A stretch of DNA of 64,000 nucleotides from Mytilus edulis (Eukaryota): assembly GCF_963676685.1 (NCBI RefSeq), contig NC_092349.1, positions 79,980,001 through 80,044,000 on the forward strand, in the 5' to 3' direction. Below are positions 12,001-27,000 of this stretch, piece by piece. How positions within the stretch are numbered: the stretch's first letter is position 1; each line of letters starts with the position of its first letter. A model generated the notes under the pieces. That model was not told where the DNA came from. It saw only the letters and a program-made list of their open reading frames with translations, and searched no databases. Both the position numbers and the translations under genes were made by a program.

Positions 12001-15000
12001 TGTAATCACACTTTGTGCATATTAGCTGTTGTCGCGTTCCAAAGCCTCTTTTCTCTTCATTTCCTAAATCGCATAGCAGAATACCTTCACACTGTGGATT
12101 TCTCAATTGATGTTCTTTAAATGCTGCATTCCACATTTCCTCCATCTTGTATATACATATTGCTCTGTTTGAATTGTAATCCGGTCTAAAAAATATCAAA
12201 AAAAATAAAAATTAGACTTAGCAAAGTACATATGCCTATTTACTAATTTTGAAAATAGAGTTACCTGCCCCTTAGTTGACAGATATTTTTCTCTGTGATT
12301 TTAGATGGTACATAGACTTTTAAATCTTGCAATATGTATGAAGATGCTTCTTTTTATTAATATATTTGTTGTTTAATTCATAAAAATAACAGTTTATATG
12401 ATTATACTGTTCTTTTTTAATTAAGAAAGGTGCATAGTGGCTCAAAATGGGCAATTTTTTGTACTTTTTACTCTATTATTTCCAAATTATTGTCTTTTTT
12501 GGTAAAAATATTTCACTTAAACTGTTTATGAGTAAATATTATTCAATTGTTAGCTTACCTTTTGTCCTTTTTAGCATTTTTCCTAATTGGTTTGGTAAGA
12601 AGCACCTCATCACTCATTGGACGGAGTAATCTTGCAGCACGGCACACCCTTTTGGATTTCTCCTGTGGATTAGCATACGGATCATTCACTACTAAATTGT
12701 GTTTTTCTTTGGTAAGTCTAATGTACTTAGATGTGTAAGAGTCACTTTTATTTTGTTTCACAGTCTTTCTTTTCTTGTTATAAGGAACATTTCCACCTTT
12801 GAATTTGTGTGTATTTCCCTTTTGGAATACCATATTTAGTAAAACAACAGAATTTTCACTTATATTCTACACTGTCTTTTTTTTTTATATGCTGATTTTG
12901 AATAATGTTCTTATAATTTCTTTTTGCAATATAAGTTGAAATCAAATGCTCACTAATTTATAGAAGAAATTGAAAAGAAACAGATGACCCCTTAAATTTT
13001 TACAGAATTTCTAAATAGACAACAAGATAATGTTTTGATATTTTTATAGTTTCTGTGAGGACAGCCAGATTTAATGCATATCATCTTTATTTCTCTTATC
13101 ATTGGTAATAAAATGATAGAGGTTAATGATTCAAAGTGCCTCTTCAGTACACTTTTTTTTGGACAAAAGTTTTGAAAATATATGAAAAAAGACTGTTTTT
13201 CACTATTTTCAATAAATCTTGGGTATATTCCACCCTGAATAAAATTTGAAATCAACTTATACATACGCAAAGAAACATTGCTTATATGTACATGAAAAAA
13301 CAACATTTGTATTTTTTTGTAGAATTTTAATGCTTGAATTTTTCATTTAAACTTCTGTTTCAGTTGGTATTGCTGACTAAATCTTCTACTGGCCGCAAAC
13401 ATGGGATGAAGTATAGAAATGTCCATTTCTCAAAGAAGACTTCACAGATCACTTCCTAATTTGGTGTGTGTGATAGACATAGATAGTTGTATATGCAGGC
13501 AAAAATAAAGTCTCATTTGAAAACTTTTTATTCTTTCTATAGAATTTCTCTACTTTCACTTTCGATATTGGATTTTCAGAAAATCTGACTCTGAATCAAA
13601 CATTCAATTGATTTTGATTGAATTTTAATCAATATGGATGACTTTTGGAGAGAACTACAACACAAATTCAACAAAAAAACCCAGGGAAGTGTCAATGGAA
13701 AGGGGTGTATTGAGTGGTCGGGCACAAAAAAGGGAAAATCTGGTTATGGCATACAGGTTGTGAAATGGCCACAGGGGGAGAAAAAAAGGGAGGCTGCACA
13801 TAGAGTGGCATATATGATTAGGCATAAATTGACCAGATATGATATGCCAAGGGTGGATGAAAACAATAATACAATAGAGTGTAGCCATATTTGTCACAAT
13901 GCATCATGTGTAAATGTAAACCACCTTGTTTTAGAACCTCATGCTATTAACTTGGACCGACTGCACTGTAAAAACCAGGGACTATGTTCAAAGAGTCACA
14001 AACCATATTGTTTAATTTAAAAGTACTAAATTTATTTATTTTCGAATAGAAATCTTCTTCTGCTTCTTGTTCTTAACATACGGGTGGTCTTCATGTTTTG
14101 ATTTTGATGATTTTATGCCGCGGTCAGCTTTCATTAGCATATTCTTCTCATATTGGATTATTTCGCTGAGTTTTTCATATAATTTGTATAACTTGCACCT
14201 TTTTTCACCTCGAAATACTTTATAATTTACACTTTGTTTGTGTTTTTTCTGCAAAATGTCAGTTTTTTGAATATTTTTCAGAGCCTTGTATGCACTACTG
14301 CCTACTGGAATATCACAGTGTAGAGCACTACAGAGTTCTAATATAGACTCCCCTGGACCATTATTAACGCTGTGAGCTGCTGCATGTGCACGACCAGACA
14401 TGTTTTTCTTGAAAGTAACATTTGAAGGTAATGATCTTCTTAAACACCTATTAAATCCCTCAACAAAATTGGTGTTCATGTTTAACCGTGTCTTTTCAAG
14501 CACTTTGGAACCAAGTCGCTTATTTATTTGTTTCCGAAGCGAGTCTAAATTCTCATTGCAGCTACTTATATTAAAAGAATTTGGTAAGAAAGGACGGCCT
14601 TTTAACCACGATCCCTGAAATCCTTTACAGGCAAAGGAGTTTTTTCTGCACCTGGCATGATCTCCCATGTAGCAGTAAGCTATGGCATCCACAGTGTGAG
14701 AAATTTTATTTTTTACTTTGCAAAAGTCTCCAGCATAAAATTTATAGGCCAGTAATAGTTCTCTGTTACATCTCTCAGTCAGATCAACAGAGAAATTATT
14801 CAAAAGTTTTTGTCTTTTTAGTTTTGTTGTAGCTGGCATCACTTTTAAAAGAGTTTTATCTGACTTTGCTCCTTTACGTACATGGTCGGAAAGATGTCTA
14901 GTGTCTAAAAAGTTTTCTGGCTCAACAGTATTTATACCCTCATTGTGAAGGTCCATGGCAGCTTTATAGGCAGAACTGTCTGCATCAGTAACTAAATGCT

Positions 15001-18000
15001 CAATTTCAAGTTGGTCTTCCTTTAAATCAAGGAGGCATTCCCTGGCCCAGGTATACTCATCTCCTATACTTTTTACCATGGGTATATTTGCACTGCAATC
15101 ATCTGTGCAATCTTCATGAAGTCGGCCTGAGTCATTGTCTACGTCAAGACTAGAATGTTTGGAACAGAGCTTGTTTTTGATATTTAATGCTAATATATTG
15201 TGTTTTGATGTTTCATTTTCAGCTGCCGTATAAATTGTTTGTGTTGCCGGTTGAAATGGAGTGCGGCCTACACCAGAATACAGTGGATTATTGTACATTC
15301 CATCCATTTGAACACTTATAGCATGTGGATTTTCCTTGCCTCTTAACTTATTTATTTCTACAATATCATTTCTTCTTCTTTTCATATCCTGTTTATTAAT
15401 TTGTTCAATTTGTTTCATGACTGTATTTGCTCTTCTTTGTAGGCTAGATGTTGTTGGAGCCAAGATGTTACCACTTAAGAAGATTTTTTGTATACCAGAA
15501 TAAGCAATGGGTGATTGACTCAGGCCGACATGAATTGCAGTGTCAAGTTTTGATGCTTTTCTCCCAGGTTTCCCACTTTCCAATTCTTCATACAGGGTGT
15601 ACCGCTTTGATTTGTAATCACACTTTGTGCATATTAGCTGTTGTCGCGTTCCAAAGCCTCTTTTCTCTTCATTTCCTAAATCGCATAGCAGAATACCTTC
15701 ACACTGTGGATTTCTCAATTGATGTTCTTTAAATGCTGCATTCCACATTTCCTCCATCTTGTATATACATATTGCTCTGTTTGAATTGTAATCCGGTCTA
15801 AAAAATATCAAAAAAAATAAAAATTAGACTTAGCAAAGTACATATGCCTATTTACTAATTTTGAAAATAGAGTTACCTGCCCCTTAGTTGACAGATATTT
15901 TTCTCTGTGATTTTAGATGGTACATAGACTTTTAAATCTTGCAATATGTATGAAGATGCTTCTTTTTATTAATATATTTGTTGTTTAATTCATAAAAATA
16001 ACAGTTTATATGATTATACTGTTCTTTTTTAATTAAGAAAGGTGCATAGTGGCTCAAAATGGGCAATTTTTTGTACTTTTTACTCTATTATTTCCAAATT
16101 ATTGTCTTTTTTGGTAAAAATATTTCACTTAAACTGTTTATGAGTAAATATTATTCAATTGTTAGCTTACCTTTTGTCCTTTTTAGCATTTTTCCTAATT
16201 GGTTTGGTAAGAAGCACCTCATCACTCATTGGACGGAGTAATCTTGCAGCACGGCACACCCTTTTGGATTTCTCCTGTGGATTAGCATACGGATCATTCA
16301 CTACTAAATTGTGTTTTTCTTTGGTAAGTCTAATGTACTTAGATGTGTAAGAGTCACTTTTATTTTGTTTCACAGTCTTTCTTTTCTTGTTATAAGGAAC
16401 ATTTCCACCTTTGAATTTGTGTGTATTTCCCTTTTGGAATACCATATTTAGTAAAACAACAGAATTTTCACTTATATTCTACACTGTCTTTTTTTTTTAT
16501 ATGCTGATTTTGAATAATGTTCTTATAATTTCTTTTTGCAATATAAGTTGAAATCAAATGCTCACTAATTTATAGAAGAAATTGAAAAGAAACAGATGAC
16601 CCCTTAAATTTTTACAGAATTTCTAAATAGACAACAAGATAATGTTTTGATATTTTTATAGTTTCTGTGAGGACAGCCAGATTTAATGCATATCATCTTT
16701 ATTTCTCTTATCATTGGTAATAAAATGATAGAGGTTAATGATTCAAAGTGCCTCTTCAGTACACTTTTTTTTGGACAAAAGTTTTGAAAATATATGAAAA
16801 AAGACTGTTTTTCACTATTTTCAATAAATCTTGGGTATATTCCACCCTGAATAAAATTTGAAATCAACTTATACATACGCAAAGAAACATTGCTTATATG
16901 TACATGAAAAAACAACATTTGTATTTTTTTGTAGAATTTTAATGCTTGAATTTTTCATTTAAACTTCTGTTTCAGTTGGTATTGCTGACTAAATCTTCTA
17001 CTGGCCGCAAACATGGGATGAAGTATAGAAATGTCCATTTCTCAAAGAAGACTTCACAGATCACTTCCTAATTTGGTGTGTGTGATAGACATAGATAGTT
17101 GTATATGCAGGCAAAAATAAAGTCTCATTTGAAAACTTTTTATTCTTTCTATAGAATTTCTCTACTTTCACTTTCGATATTGGATTTTCAGAAAATCTGA
17201 CTCTGAATCAAACATTCAATTGATTTTGATTGAATTTTAATCAATATGGATGACTTTTGGAGAGAACTACAACACAAATTCAACAAAAAAACCCAGGGAA
17301 GTGTCAATGGAAAGGGGTGTATTGAGTGGTCGGGCACAAAAAAGGGAAAATCTGGTTATGGCATACAGGTTGTGAAATGGCCACAGGGGGAGAAAAAAAG
17401 GGAGGCTGCACATAGAGTGGCATATATGATTAGGCATAAATTGACCAGATATGATATGCCAAGGGTGGATGAAAACAATAATACAATAGAGTGTAGCCAT
17501 ATTTGTCACAATGCATCATGTGTAAATGTAAACCACCTTGTTTTAGAACCTCATGCTATTAACTTGGACCGACTGCACTGTAAAAACCAGGGACTATGTT
17601 CAAAGAGTCACAAACCATATTGTTTAATTTAAAAGTACTAAATTTATTTATTTTCGAATAGAAATCTTCTTCTGCTTCTTGTTCTTAACATACGGGTGGT
17701 CTTCATGTTTTGATTTTGATGATTTTATGCCGCGGTCAGCTTTCATTAGCATATTCTTCTCATATTGGATTATTTCGCTGAGTTTTTCATATAATTTGTA
17801 TAACTTGCACCTTTTTTCACCTCGAAATACTTTATAATTTACACTTTGTTTGTGTTTTTTCTGCAAAATGTCAGTTTTTTGAATATTTTTCAGAGCCTTG
17901 TATGCACTACTGCCTACTGGAATATCACAGTGTAGAGCACTACAGAGTTCTAATATAGACTCCCCTGGACCATTATTAACGCTGTGAGCTGCTGCATGTG

Positions 18001-21000
18001 CACGACCAGACATGTTTTTCTTGAAAGTAACATTTGAAGGTAATGATCTTCTTAAACACCTATTAAATCCCTCAACAAAATTGGTGTTCATGTTTAACCG
18101 TGTCTTTTCAAGCACTTTGGAACCAAGTCGCTTATTTATTTGTTTCCGAAGCGAGTCTAAATTCTCATTGCAGCTACTTATATTAAAAGAATTTGGTAAG
18201 AAAGGACGGCCTTTTAACCACGATCCCTGAAATCCTTTACAGGCAAAGGAGTTTTTTCTGCACCTGGCATGATCTCCCATGTAGCAGTAAGCTATGGCAT
18301 CCACAGTGTGAGAAATTTTATTTTTTACTTTGCAAAAGTCTCCAGCATAAAATTTATAGGCCAGTAATAGTTCTCTGTTACATCTCTCAGTCAGATCAAC
18401 AGAGAAATTATTCAAAAGTTTTTGTCTTTTTAGTTTTGTTGTAGCTGGCATCACTTTTAAAAGAGTTTTATCTGACTTTGCTCCTTTACGTACATGGTCG
18501 GAAAGATGTCTAGTGTCTAAAAAGTTTTCTGGCTCAACAGTATTTATACCCTCATTGTGAAGGTCCATGGCAGCTTTATAGGCAGAACTGTCTGCATCAG
18601 TAACTAAATGCTCAATTTCAAGTTGGTCTTCCTTTAAATCAAGGAGGCATTCCCTGGCCCAGGTATACTCATCTCCTATACTTTTTACCATGGGTATATT
18701 TGCACTGCAATCATCTGTGCAATCTTCATGAAGTCGGCCTGAGTCATTGTCTACGTCAAGACTAGAATGTTTGGAACAGAGCTTGTTTTTGATATTTAAT
18801 GCTAATATATTGTGTTTTGATGTTTCATTTTCAGCTGCCGTATAAATTGTTTGTGTTGCCGGTTGAAATGGAGTGCGGCCTACACCAGAATACAGTGGAT
18901 TATTGTACATTCCATCCATTTGAACACTTATAGCATGTGGATTTTCCTTGCCTCTTAACTTATTTATTTCTACAATATCATTTCTTCTTCTTTTCATATC
19001 CTGTTTATTAATTTGTTCAATTTGTTTCATGACTGTATTTGCTCTTCTTTGTAGGCTAGATGTTGTTGGAGCCAAGATGTTACCACTTAAGAAGATTTTT
19101 TGTATACCAGAATAAGCAATGGGTGATTGACTCAGGCCGACATGAATTGCAGTGTCAAGTTTTGATGCTTTTCTCCCAGGTTTCCCACTTTCCAATTCTT
19201 CATACAGGGTGTACCGCTTTGATTTGTAATCACACTTTGTGCATATTAGCTGTTGTCGCGTTCCAAAGCCTCTTTTCTCTTCATTTCCTAAATCGCATAG
19301 CAGAATACCTTCACACTGTGGATTTCTCAATTGATGTTCTTTAAATGCTGCATTCCACATTTCCTCCATCTTGTATATACATATTGCTCTGTTTGAATTG
19401 TAATCCGGTCTAAAAAATATCAAAAAAAATAAAAATTAGACTTAGCAAAGTACATATGCCTATTTACTAATTTTGAAAATAGAGTTACCTGCCCCTTAGT
19501 TGACAGATATTTTTCTCTGTGATTTTAGATGGTACATAGACTTTTAAATCTTGCAATATGTATGAAGATGCTTCTTTTTATTAATATATTTGTTGTTTAA
19601 TTCATAAAAATAACAGTTTATATGATTATACTGTTCTTTTTTAATTAAGAAAGGTGCATAGTGGCTCAAAATGGGCAATTTTTTGTACTTTTTACTCTAT
19701 TATTTCCAAATTATTGTCTTTTTTGGTAAAAATATTTCACTTAAACTGTTTATGAGTAAATATTATTCAATTGTTAGCTTACCTTTTGTCCTTTTTAGCA
19801 TTTTTCCTAATTGGTTTGGTAAGAAGCACCTCATCACTCATTGGACGGAGTAATCTTGCAGCACGGCACACCCTTTTGGATTTCTCCTGTGGATTAGCAT
19901 ACGGATCATTCACTACTAAATTGTGTTTTTCTTTGGTAAGTCTAATGTACTTAGATGTGTAAGAGTCACTTTTATTTTGTTTCACAGTCTTTCTTTTCTT
20001 GTTATAAGGAACATTTCCACCTTTGAATTTGTGTGTATTTCCCTTTTGGAATACCATATTTAGTAAAACAACAGAATTTTCACTTATATTCTACACTGTC
20101 TTTTTTTTTTATATGCTGATTTTGAATAATGTTCTTATAATTTCTTTTTGCAATATAAGTTGAAATCAAATGCTCACTAATTTATAGAAGAAATTGAAAA
20201 GAAACAGATGACCCCTTAAATTTTTACAGAATTTCTAAATAGACAACAAGATAATGTTTTGATATTTTTATAGTTTCTGTGAGGACAGCCAGATTTAATG
20301 CATATCATCTTTATTTCTCTTATCATTGGTAATAAAATGATAGAGGTTAATGATTCAAAGTGCCTCTTCAGTACACTTTTTTTTGGACAAAAGTTTTGAA
20401 AATATATGAAAAAAGACTGTTTTTCACTATTTTCAATAAATCTTGGGTATATTCCACCCTGAATAAAATTTGAAATCAACTTATACATACGCAAAGAAAC
20501 ATTGCTTATATGTACATGAAAAAACAACATTTGTATTTTTTTGTAGAATTTTAATGCTTGAATTTTTCATTTAAACTTCTGTTTCAGTTGGTATTGCTGA
20601 CTAAATCTTCTACTGGCCGCAAACATGGGATGAAGTATAGAAATGTCCATTTCTCAAAGAAGACTTCACAGATCACTTCCTAATTTGGTGTGTGTGATAG
20701 ACATAGATAGTTGTATATGCAGGCAAAAATAAAGTCTCATTTGAAAACTTTTTATTCTTTCTATAGAATTTCTCTACTTTCACTTTCGATATTGGATTTT
20801 CAGAAAATCTGACTCTGAATCAAACATTCAATTGATTTTGATTGAATTTTAATCAATATGGATGACTTTTGGAGAGAACTACAACACAAATTCAACAAAA
20901 AAACCCAGGGAAGTGTCAATGGAAAGGGGTGTATTGAGTGGTCGGGCACAAAAAAGGGAAAATCTGGTTATGGCATACAGGTTGTGAAATGGCCACAGGG

Positions 21001-24000
21001 GGAGAAAAAAAGGGAGGCTGCACATAGAGTGGCATATATGATTAGGCATAAATTGACCAGATATGATATGCCAAGGGTGGATGAAAACAATAATACAATA
21101 GAGTGTAGCCATATTTGTCACAATGCATCATGTGTAAATGTAAACCACCTTGTTTTAGAACCTCATGCTATTAACTTGGACCGACTGCACTGTAAAAACC
21201 AGGGACTATGTTCAAAGAGTCACAAACCATATTGTTTAATTTAAAAGTACTAAATTTATTTATTTTCGAATAGAAATCTTCTTCTGCTTCTTGTTCTTAA
21301 CATACGGGTGGTCTTCATGTTTTGATTTTGATGATTTTATGCCGCGGTCAGCTTTCATTAGCATATTCTTCTCATATTGGATTATTTCGCTGAGTTTTTC
21401 ATATAATTTGTATAACTTGCACCTTTTTTCACCTCGAAATACTTTATAATTTACACTTTGTTTGTGTTTTTTCTGCAAAATGTCAGTTTTTTGAATATTT
21501 TTCAGAGCCTTGTATGCACTACTGCCTACTGGAATATCACAGTGTAGAGCACTACAGAGTTCTAATATAGACTCCCCTGGACCATTATTAACGCTGTGAG
21601 CTGCTGCATGTGCACGACCAGACATGTTTTTCTTGAAAGTAACATTTGAAGGTAATGATCTTCTTAAACACCTATTAAATCCCTCAACAAAATTGGTGTT
21701 CATGTTTAACCGTGTCTTTTCAAGCACTTTGGAACCAAGTCGCTTATTTATTTGTTTCCGAAGCGAGTCTAAATTCTCATTGCAGCTACTTATATTAAAA
21801 GAATTTGGTAAGAAAGGACGGCCTTTTAACCACGATCCCTGAAATCCTTTACAGGCAAAGGAGTTTTTTCTGCACCTGGCATGATCTCCCATGTAGCAGT
21901 AAGCTATGGCATCCACAGTGTGAGAAATTTTATTTTTTACTTTGCAAAAGTCTCCAGCATAAAATTTATAGGCCAGTAATAGTTCTCTGTTACATCTCTC
22001 AGTCAGATCAACAGAGAAATTATTCAAAAGTTTTTGTCTTTTTAGTTTTGTTGTAGCTGGCATCACTTTTAAAAGAGTTTTATCTGACTTTGCTCCTTTA
22101 CGTACATGGTCGGAAAGATGTCTAGTGTCTAAAAAGTTTTCTGGCTCAACAGTATTTATACCCTCATTGTGAAGGTCCATGGCAGCTTTATAGGCAGAAC
22201 TGTCTGCATCAGTAACTAAATGCTCAATTTCAAGTTGGTCTTCCTTTAAATCAAGGAGGCATTCCCTGGCCCAGGTATACTCATCTCCTATACTTTTTAC
22301 CATGGGTATATTTGCACTGCAATCATCTGTGCAATCTTCATGAAGTCGGCCTGAGTCATTGTCTACGTCAAGACTAGAATGTTTGGAACAGAGCTTGTTT
22401 TTGATATTTAATGCTAATATATTGTGTTTTGATGTTTCATTTTCAGCTGCCGTATAAATTGTTTGTGTTGCCGGTTGAAATGGAGTGCGGCCTACACCAG
22501 AATACAGTGGATTATTGTACATTCCATCCATTTGAACACTTATAGCATGTGGATTTTCCTTGCCTCTTAACTTATTTATTTCTACAATATCATTTCTTCT
22601 TCTTTTCATATCCTGTTTATTAATTTGTTCAATTTGTTTCATGACTGTATTTGCTCTTCTTTGTAGGCTAGATGTTGTTGGAGCCAAGATGTTACCACTT
22701 AAGAAGATTTTTTGTATACCAGAATAAGCAATGGGTGATTGACTCAGGCCGACATGAATTGCAGTGTCAAGTTTTGATGCTTTTCTCCCAGGTTTCCCAC
22801 TTTCCAATTCTTCATACAGGGTGTACCGCTTTGATTTGTAATCACACTTTGTGCATATTAGCTGTTGTCGCGTTCCAAAGCCTCTTTTCTCTTCATTTCC
22901 TAAATCGCATAGCAGAATACCTTCACACTGTGGATTTCTCAATTGATGTTCTTTAAATGCTGCATTCCACATTTCCTCCATCTTGTATATACATATTGCT
23001 CTGTTTGAATTGTAATCCGGTCTAAAAAATATCAAAAAAAATAAAAATTAGACTTAGCAAAGTACATATGCCTATTTACTAATTTTGAAAATAGAGTTAC
23101 CTGCCCCTTAGTTGACAGATATTTTTCTCTGTGATTTTAGATGGTACATAGACTTTTAAATCTTGCAATATGTATGAAGATGCTTCTTTTTATTAATATA
23201 TTTGTTGTTTAATTCATAAAAATAACAGTTTATATGATTATACTGTTCTTTTTTAATTAAGAAAGGTGCATAGTGGCTCAAAATGGGCAATTTTTTGTAC
23301 TTTTTACTCTATTATTTCCAAATTATTGTCTTTTTTGGTAAAAATATTTCACTTAAACTGTTTATGAGTAAATATTATTCAATTGTTAGCTTACCTTTTG
23401 TCCTTTTTAGCATTTTTCCTAATTGGTTTGGTAAGAAGCACCTCATCACTCATTGGACGGAGTAATCTTGCAGCACGGCACACCCTTTTGGATTTCTCCT
23501 GTGGATTAGCATACGGATCATTCACTACTAAATTGTGTTTTTCTTTGGTAAGTCTAATGTACTTAGATGTGTAAGAGTCACTTTTATTTTGTTTCACAGT
23601 CTTTCTTTTCTTGTTATAAGGAACATTTCCACCTTTGAATTTGTGTGTATTTCCCTTTTGGAATACCATATTTAGTAAAACAACAGAATTTTCACTTATA
23701 TTCTACACTGTCTTTTTTTTTTATATGCTGATTTTGAATAATGTTCTTATAATTTCTTTTTGCAATATAAGTTGAAATCAAATGCTCACTAATTTATAGA
23801 AGAAATTGAAAAGAAACAGATGACCCCTTAAATTTTTACAGAATTTCTAAATAGACAACAAGATAATGTTTTGATATTTTTATAGTTTCTGTGAGGACAG
23901 CCAGATTTAATGCATATCATCTTTATTTCTCTTATCATTGGTAATAAAATGATAGAGGTTAATGATTCAAAGTGCCTCTTCAGTACACTTTTTTTTTGGA

Positions 24001-27000
24001 CAAAAGTTTTGAAAATATATGAAAAAAGACTGTTTTTCACTATTTTCAATAAATCTTGGGTATATTCCACCCTGAATAAAATTTGAAATCAACTTATACA
24101 TACGCAAAGAAACATTGCTTATATGTACATGAAAAAACAACATTTGTATTTTTTTGTAGAATTTTAATGCTTGAATTTTTCATTTAAACTTCTGTTTCAG
24201 TTGGTATTGCTGACTAAATCTTCTACTGGCCGCAAACATTGGGATGAAGTATAGAAATGTCCATTTCTCAAAGAAGACTTCACAGATCACTTCCTAATTT
24301 GGTGTGTGTGATAGACATAGATAGTTGTATATGCAGGCAAAAATAAAGTCTCATTTGAAAACTTTTTATTCTTTCTATAGAATTTCTCTACTTNNNNNNN
24401 NNNNNNNNNNNNNNNNNNNNNNNNNNNNNNNNNNNNNNNNNNNNNNNNNNNNNNNNNNNNNNNNNNNNNNNNNNNNNNNNNNNNNNNNNNNNNAGGCCAG
24501 TAATAGTTCTCTGTTACATCTCTCAGTCAGATCAACAGAGAAATTATTCAAAAGTTTTTGTCTTTTTAGTTTTGTTGTAGCTGGCATCACTTTTAAAAGA
24601 GTTTTATCTGACTTTGCTCCTTTACGTACATGGTCGGAAAGATGTCTAGTGTCTAAAAAGTTTTCTGGCTCAACAGTATTTATACCCTCATTGTGAAGGT
24701 CCATGGCAGCTTTATAGGCAGAACTGTCTGCATCAGTAACTAAATGCTCAATTTCAAGTTGGTCTTCCTTTAAATCAAGGAGGCATTCCCTGGCCCAGGT
24801 ATACTCATCTCCTATACTTTTTACCATGGGTATATTTGCACTGCAATCATCTGTGCAATCTTCATGAAGTCGGCCTGAGTCATTGTCTACGTCAAGACTA
24901 GAATGTTTGGAACAGAGCTTGTTTTTGATATTTAATGCTAATATATTGTGTTTTGATGTTTCATTTTCAGCTGCCGTATAAATTGTTTGTGTTGCCGGTT
25001 GAAATGGAGTGCGGCCTACACCAGAATACAGTGGATTATTGTACATTCCATCCATTTGAACACTTATAGCATGTGGATTTTCCTTGCCTCTTAACTTATT
25101 TATTTCTACAATATCATTTCTTCTTCTTTTCATATCCTGTTTATTAATTTGTTCAATTTGTTTCATGACTGTATTTGCTCTTCTTTGTAGGCTAGATGTT
25201 GTTGGAGCCAAGATGTTACCACTTAAGAAGATTTTTTGTATACCAGAATAAGCAATGGGTGATTGACTCAGGCCGACATGAATTGCAGTGTCAAGTTTTG
25301 ATGCTTTTCTCCCAGGTTTCCCACTTTCCAATTCTTCATACAGGGTGTACCGCTTTGATTTGTAATCACACTTTGTGCATATTAGCTGTTGTCGCGTTCC
25401 AAAGCCTCTTTTCTCTTCATTTCCTAAATCGCATAGCAGAATACCTTCACACTGTGGATTTCTCAATTGATGTTCTTTTAAATGCTGCATTCCACATTTC
25501 CTCCATCTTGTATATACATATTGCTCTGTTTGAATTGTAATCCGGTCTAAAAAATATCAAAAAAAATAAAAATTAGACTTAGCAAAGTACATATGCCTAT
25601 TTACTAATTTTGAAAATAGAGTTACCTGCCCCTTAGTTGACAGATATTTTTCTCTGTGATTTTAGATGGTACATAGACTTTTAAATCTTGCAATATGTAT
25701 GAAGATGCTTCTTTTTATTAATATATTTGTTGTTTAATTCATAAAAATAACAGTTTATATGATTATACTGTTCTTTTTTAATTAAGAAAGGTGCATAGTG
25801 GCTCAAAATGGGCAATTTTTTGTACTTTTTACTCTATTATTTCCAAATTATTGTCTTTTTTGGTAAAAATATTTCACTTAAACTGTTTATGAGTAAATAT
25901 TATTCAATTGTTAGCTTACCTTTTGTCCTTTTTAGCATTTTTCCTAATTGGTTTGGTAAGAAGCACCTCATCACTCATTGGACGGAGTAATCTTGCAGCA
26001 CGGCACACCCTTTTGGATTTCTCCTGTGGATTAGCATACGGATCATTCACTACTAAATTGTGTTTTTCTTTGGTAAGTCTAATGTACTTAGATGTGTAAG
26101 AGTCACTTTTATTTTGTTTCACAGTCTTTCTTTTCTTGTTATAAGGAACATTTCCACCTTTGAATTTGTGTGTATTTCCCTTTTGGAATACCATATTTAG
26201 TAAAACAACAGAATTTTCACTTATATTCTACACTGTCTTTTTTTTTTATATGCTGATTTTGAATAATGTTCTTATAATTTCTTTTTGCAATATAAGTTGA
26301 AATCAAATGCTCACTAATTTATAGAAGAAATTGAAAAGAAACAGATGACCCCTTAAATTTTTACAGAATTTCTAAATAGACAACAAGATAATGTTTTGAT
26401 ATTTTTATAGTTTCTGTGAGGACAGCCAGATTTAATGCATATCATCTTTATTTCTCTTATCATTGGTAATAAAATGATAGAGGTTAATGATTCAAAGTGC
26501 CTCTTCAGTACACTTTTTTTTGGACAAAAGTTTTGAAAATATATGAAAAAAGACTGTTTTTCACTATTTTCAATAAATCTTGGGTATATTCCACCCTGAA
26601 TAAAATTTGAAATCAACTTATACATACGCAAAGAAACATTGCTTATATGTACATGAAAAAACAACATTTGTATTTTTTTGTAGAATTTTAATGCTTGAAT
26701 TTTTCATTTAAACTTCTGTTTCAGTTGGTATTGCTGACTAAATCTTCTACTGGCCGCAAACATGGGATGAAGTATAGAAATGTCCATTTCTCAAAGAAGA
26801 CTTCACAGATCACTTCCTAATTTGGTGTGTGTGATAGACATAGATAGTTGTATATGCAGGCAAAAATAAAGTCTCATTTGAAAACTTTTTATTCTTTCTA
26901 TAGAATTTCTCTACTTTCACTTTCGATATTGGATTTTCAGAAAATCTGACTCTGAATCAAACATTCAATTGATTTTGATTGAATTTTAATCAATATGGAT

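Noticed and set aside
10043-13306. Small recurring ORFs in each unit (80, 72, 83, 94, 60, 63, 104 aa)
   Set aside because: They are antisense shadows of the two real genes or AT-rich ORFs without motifs; they recur only because the unit is repeated.
23828-25540. Apparent variant or frameshifted ORFs around the gap
   Set aside because: Caused by single-base homopolymer insertions near contig ends and by translation through Ns; most likely artefacts.
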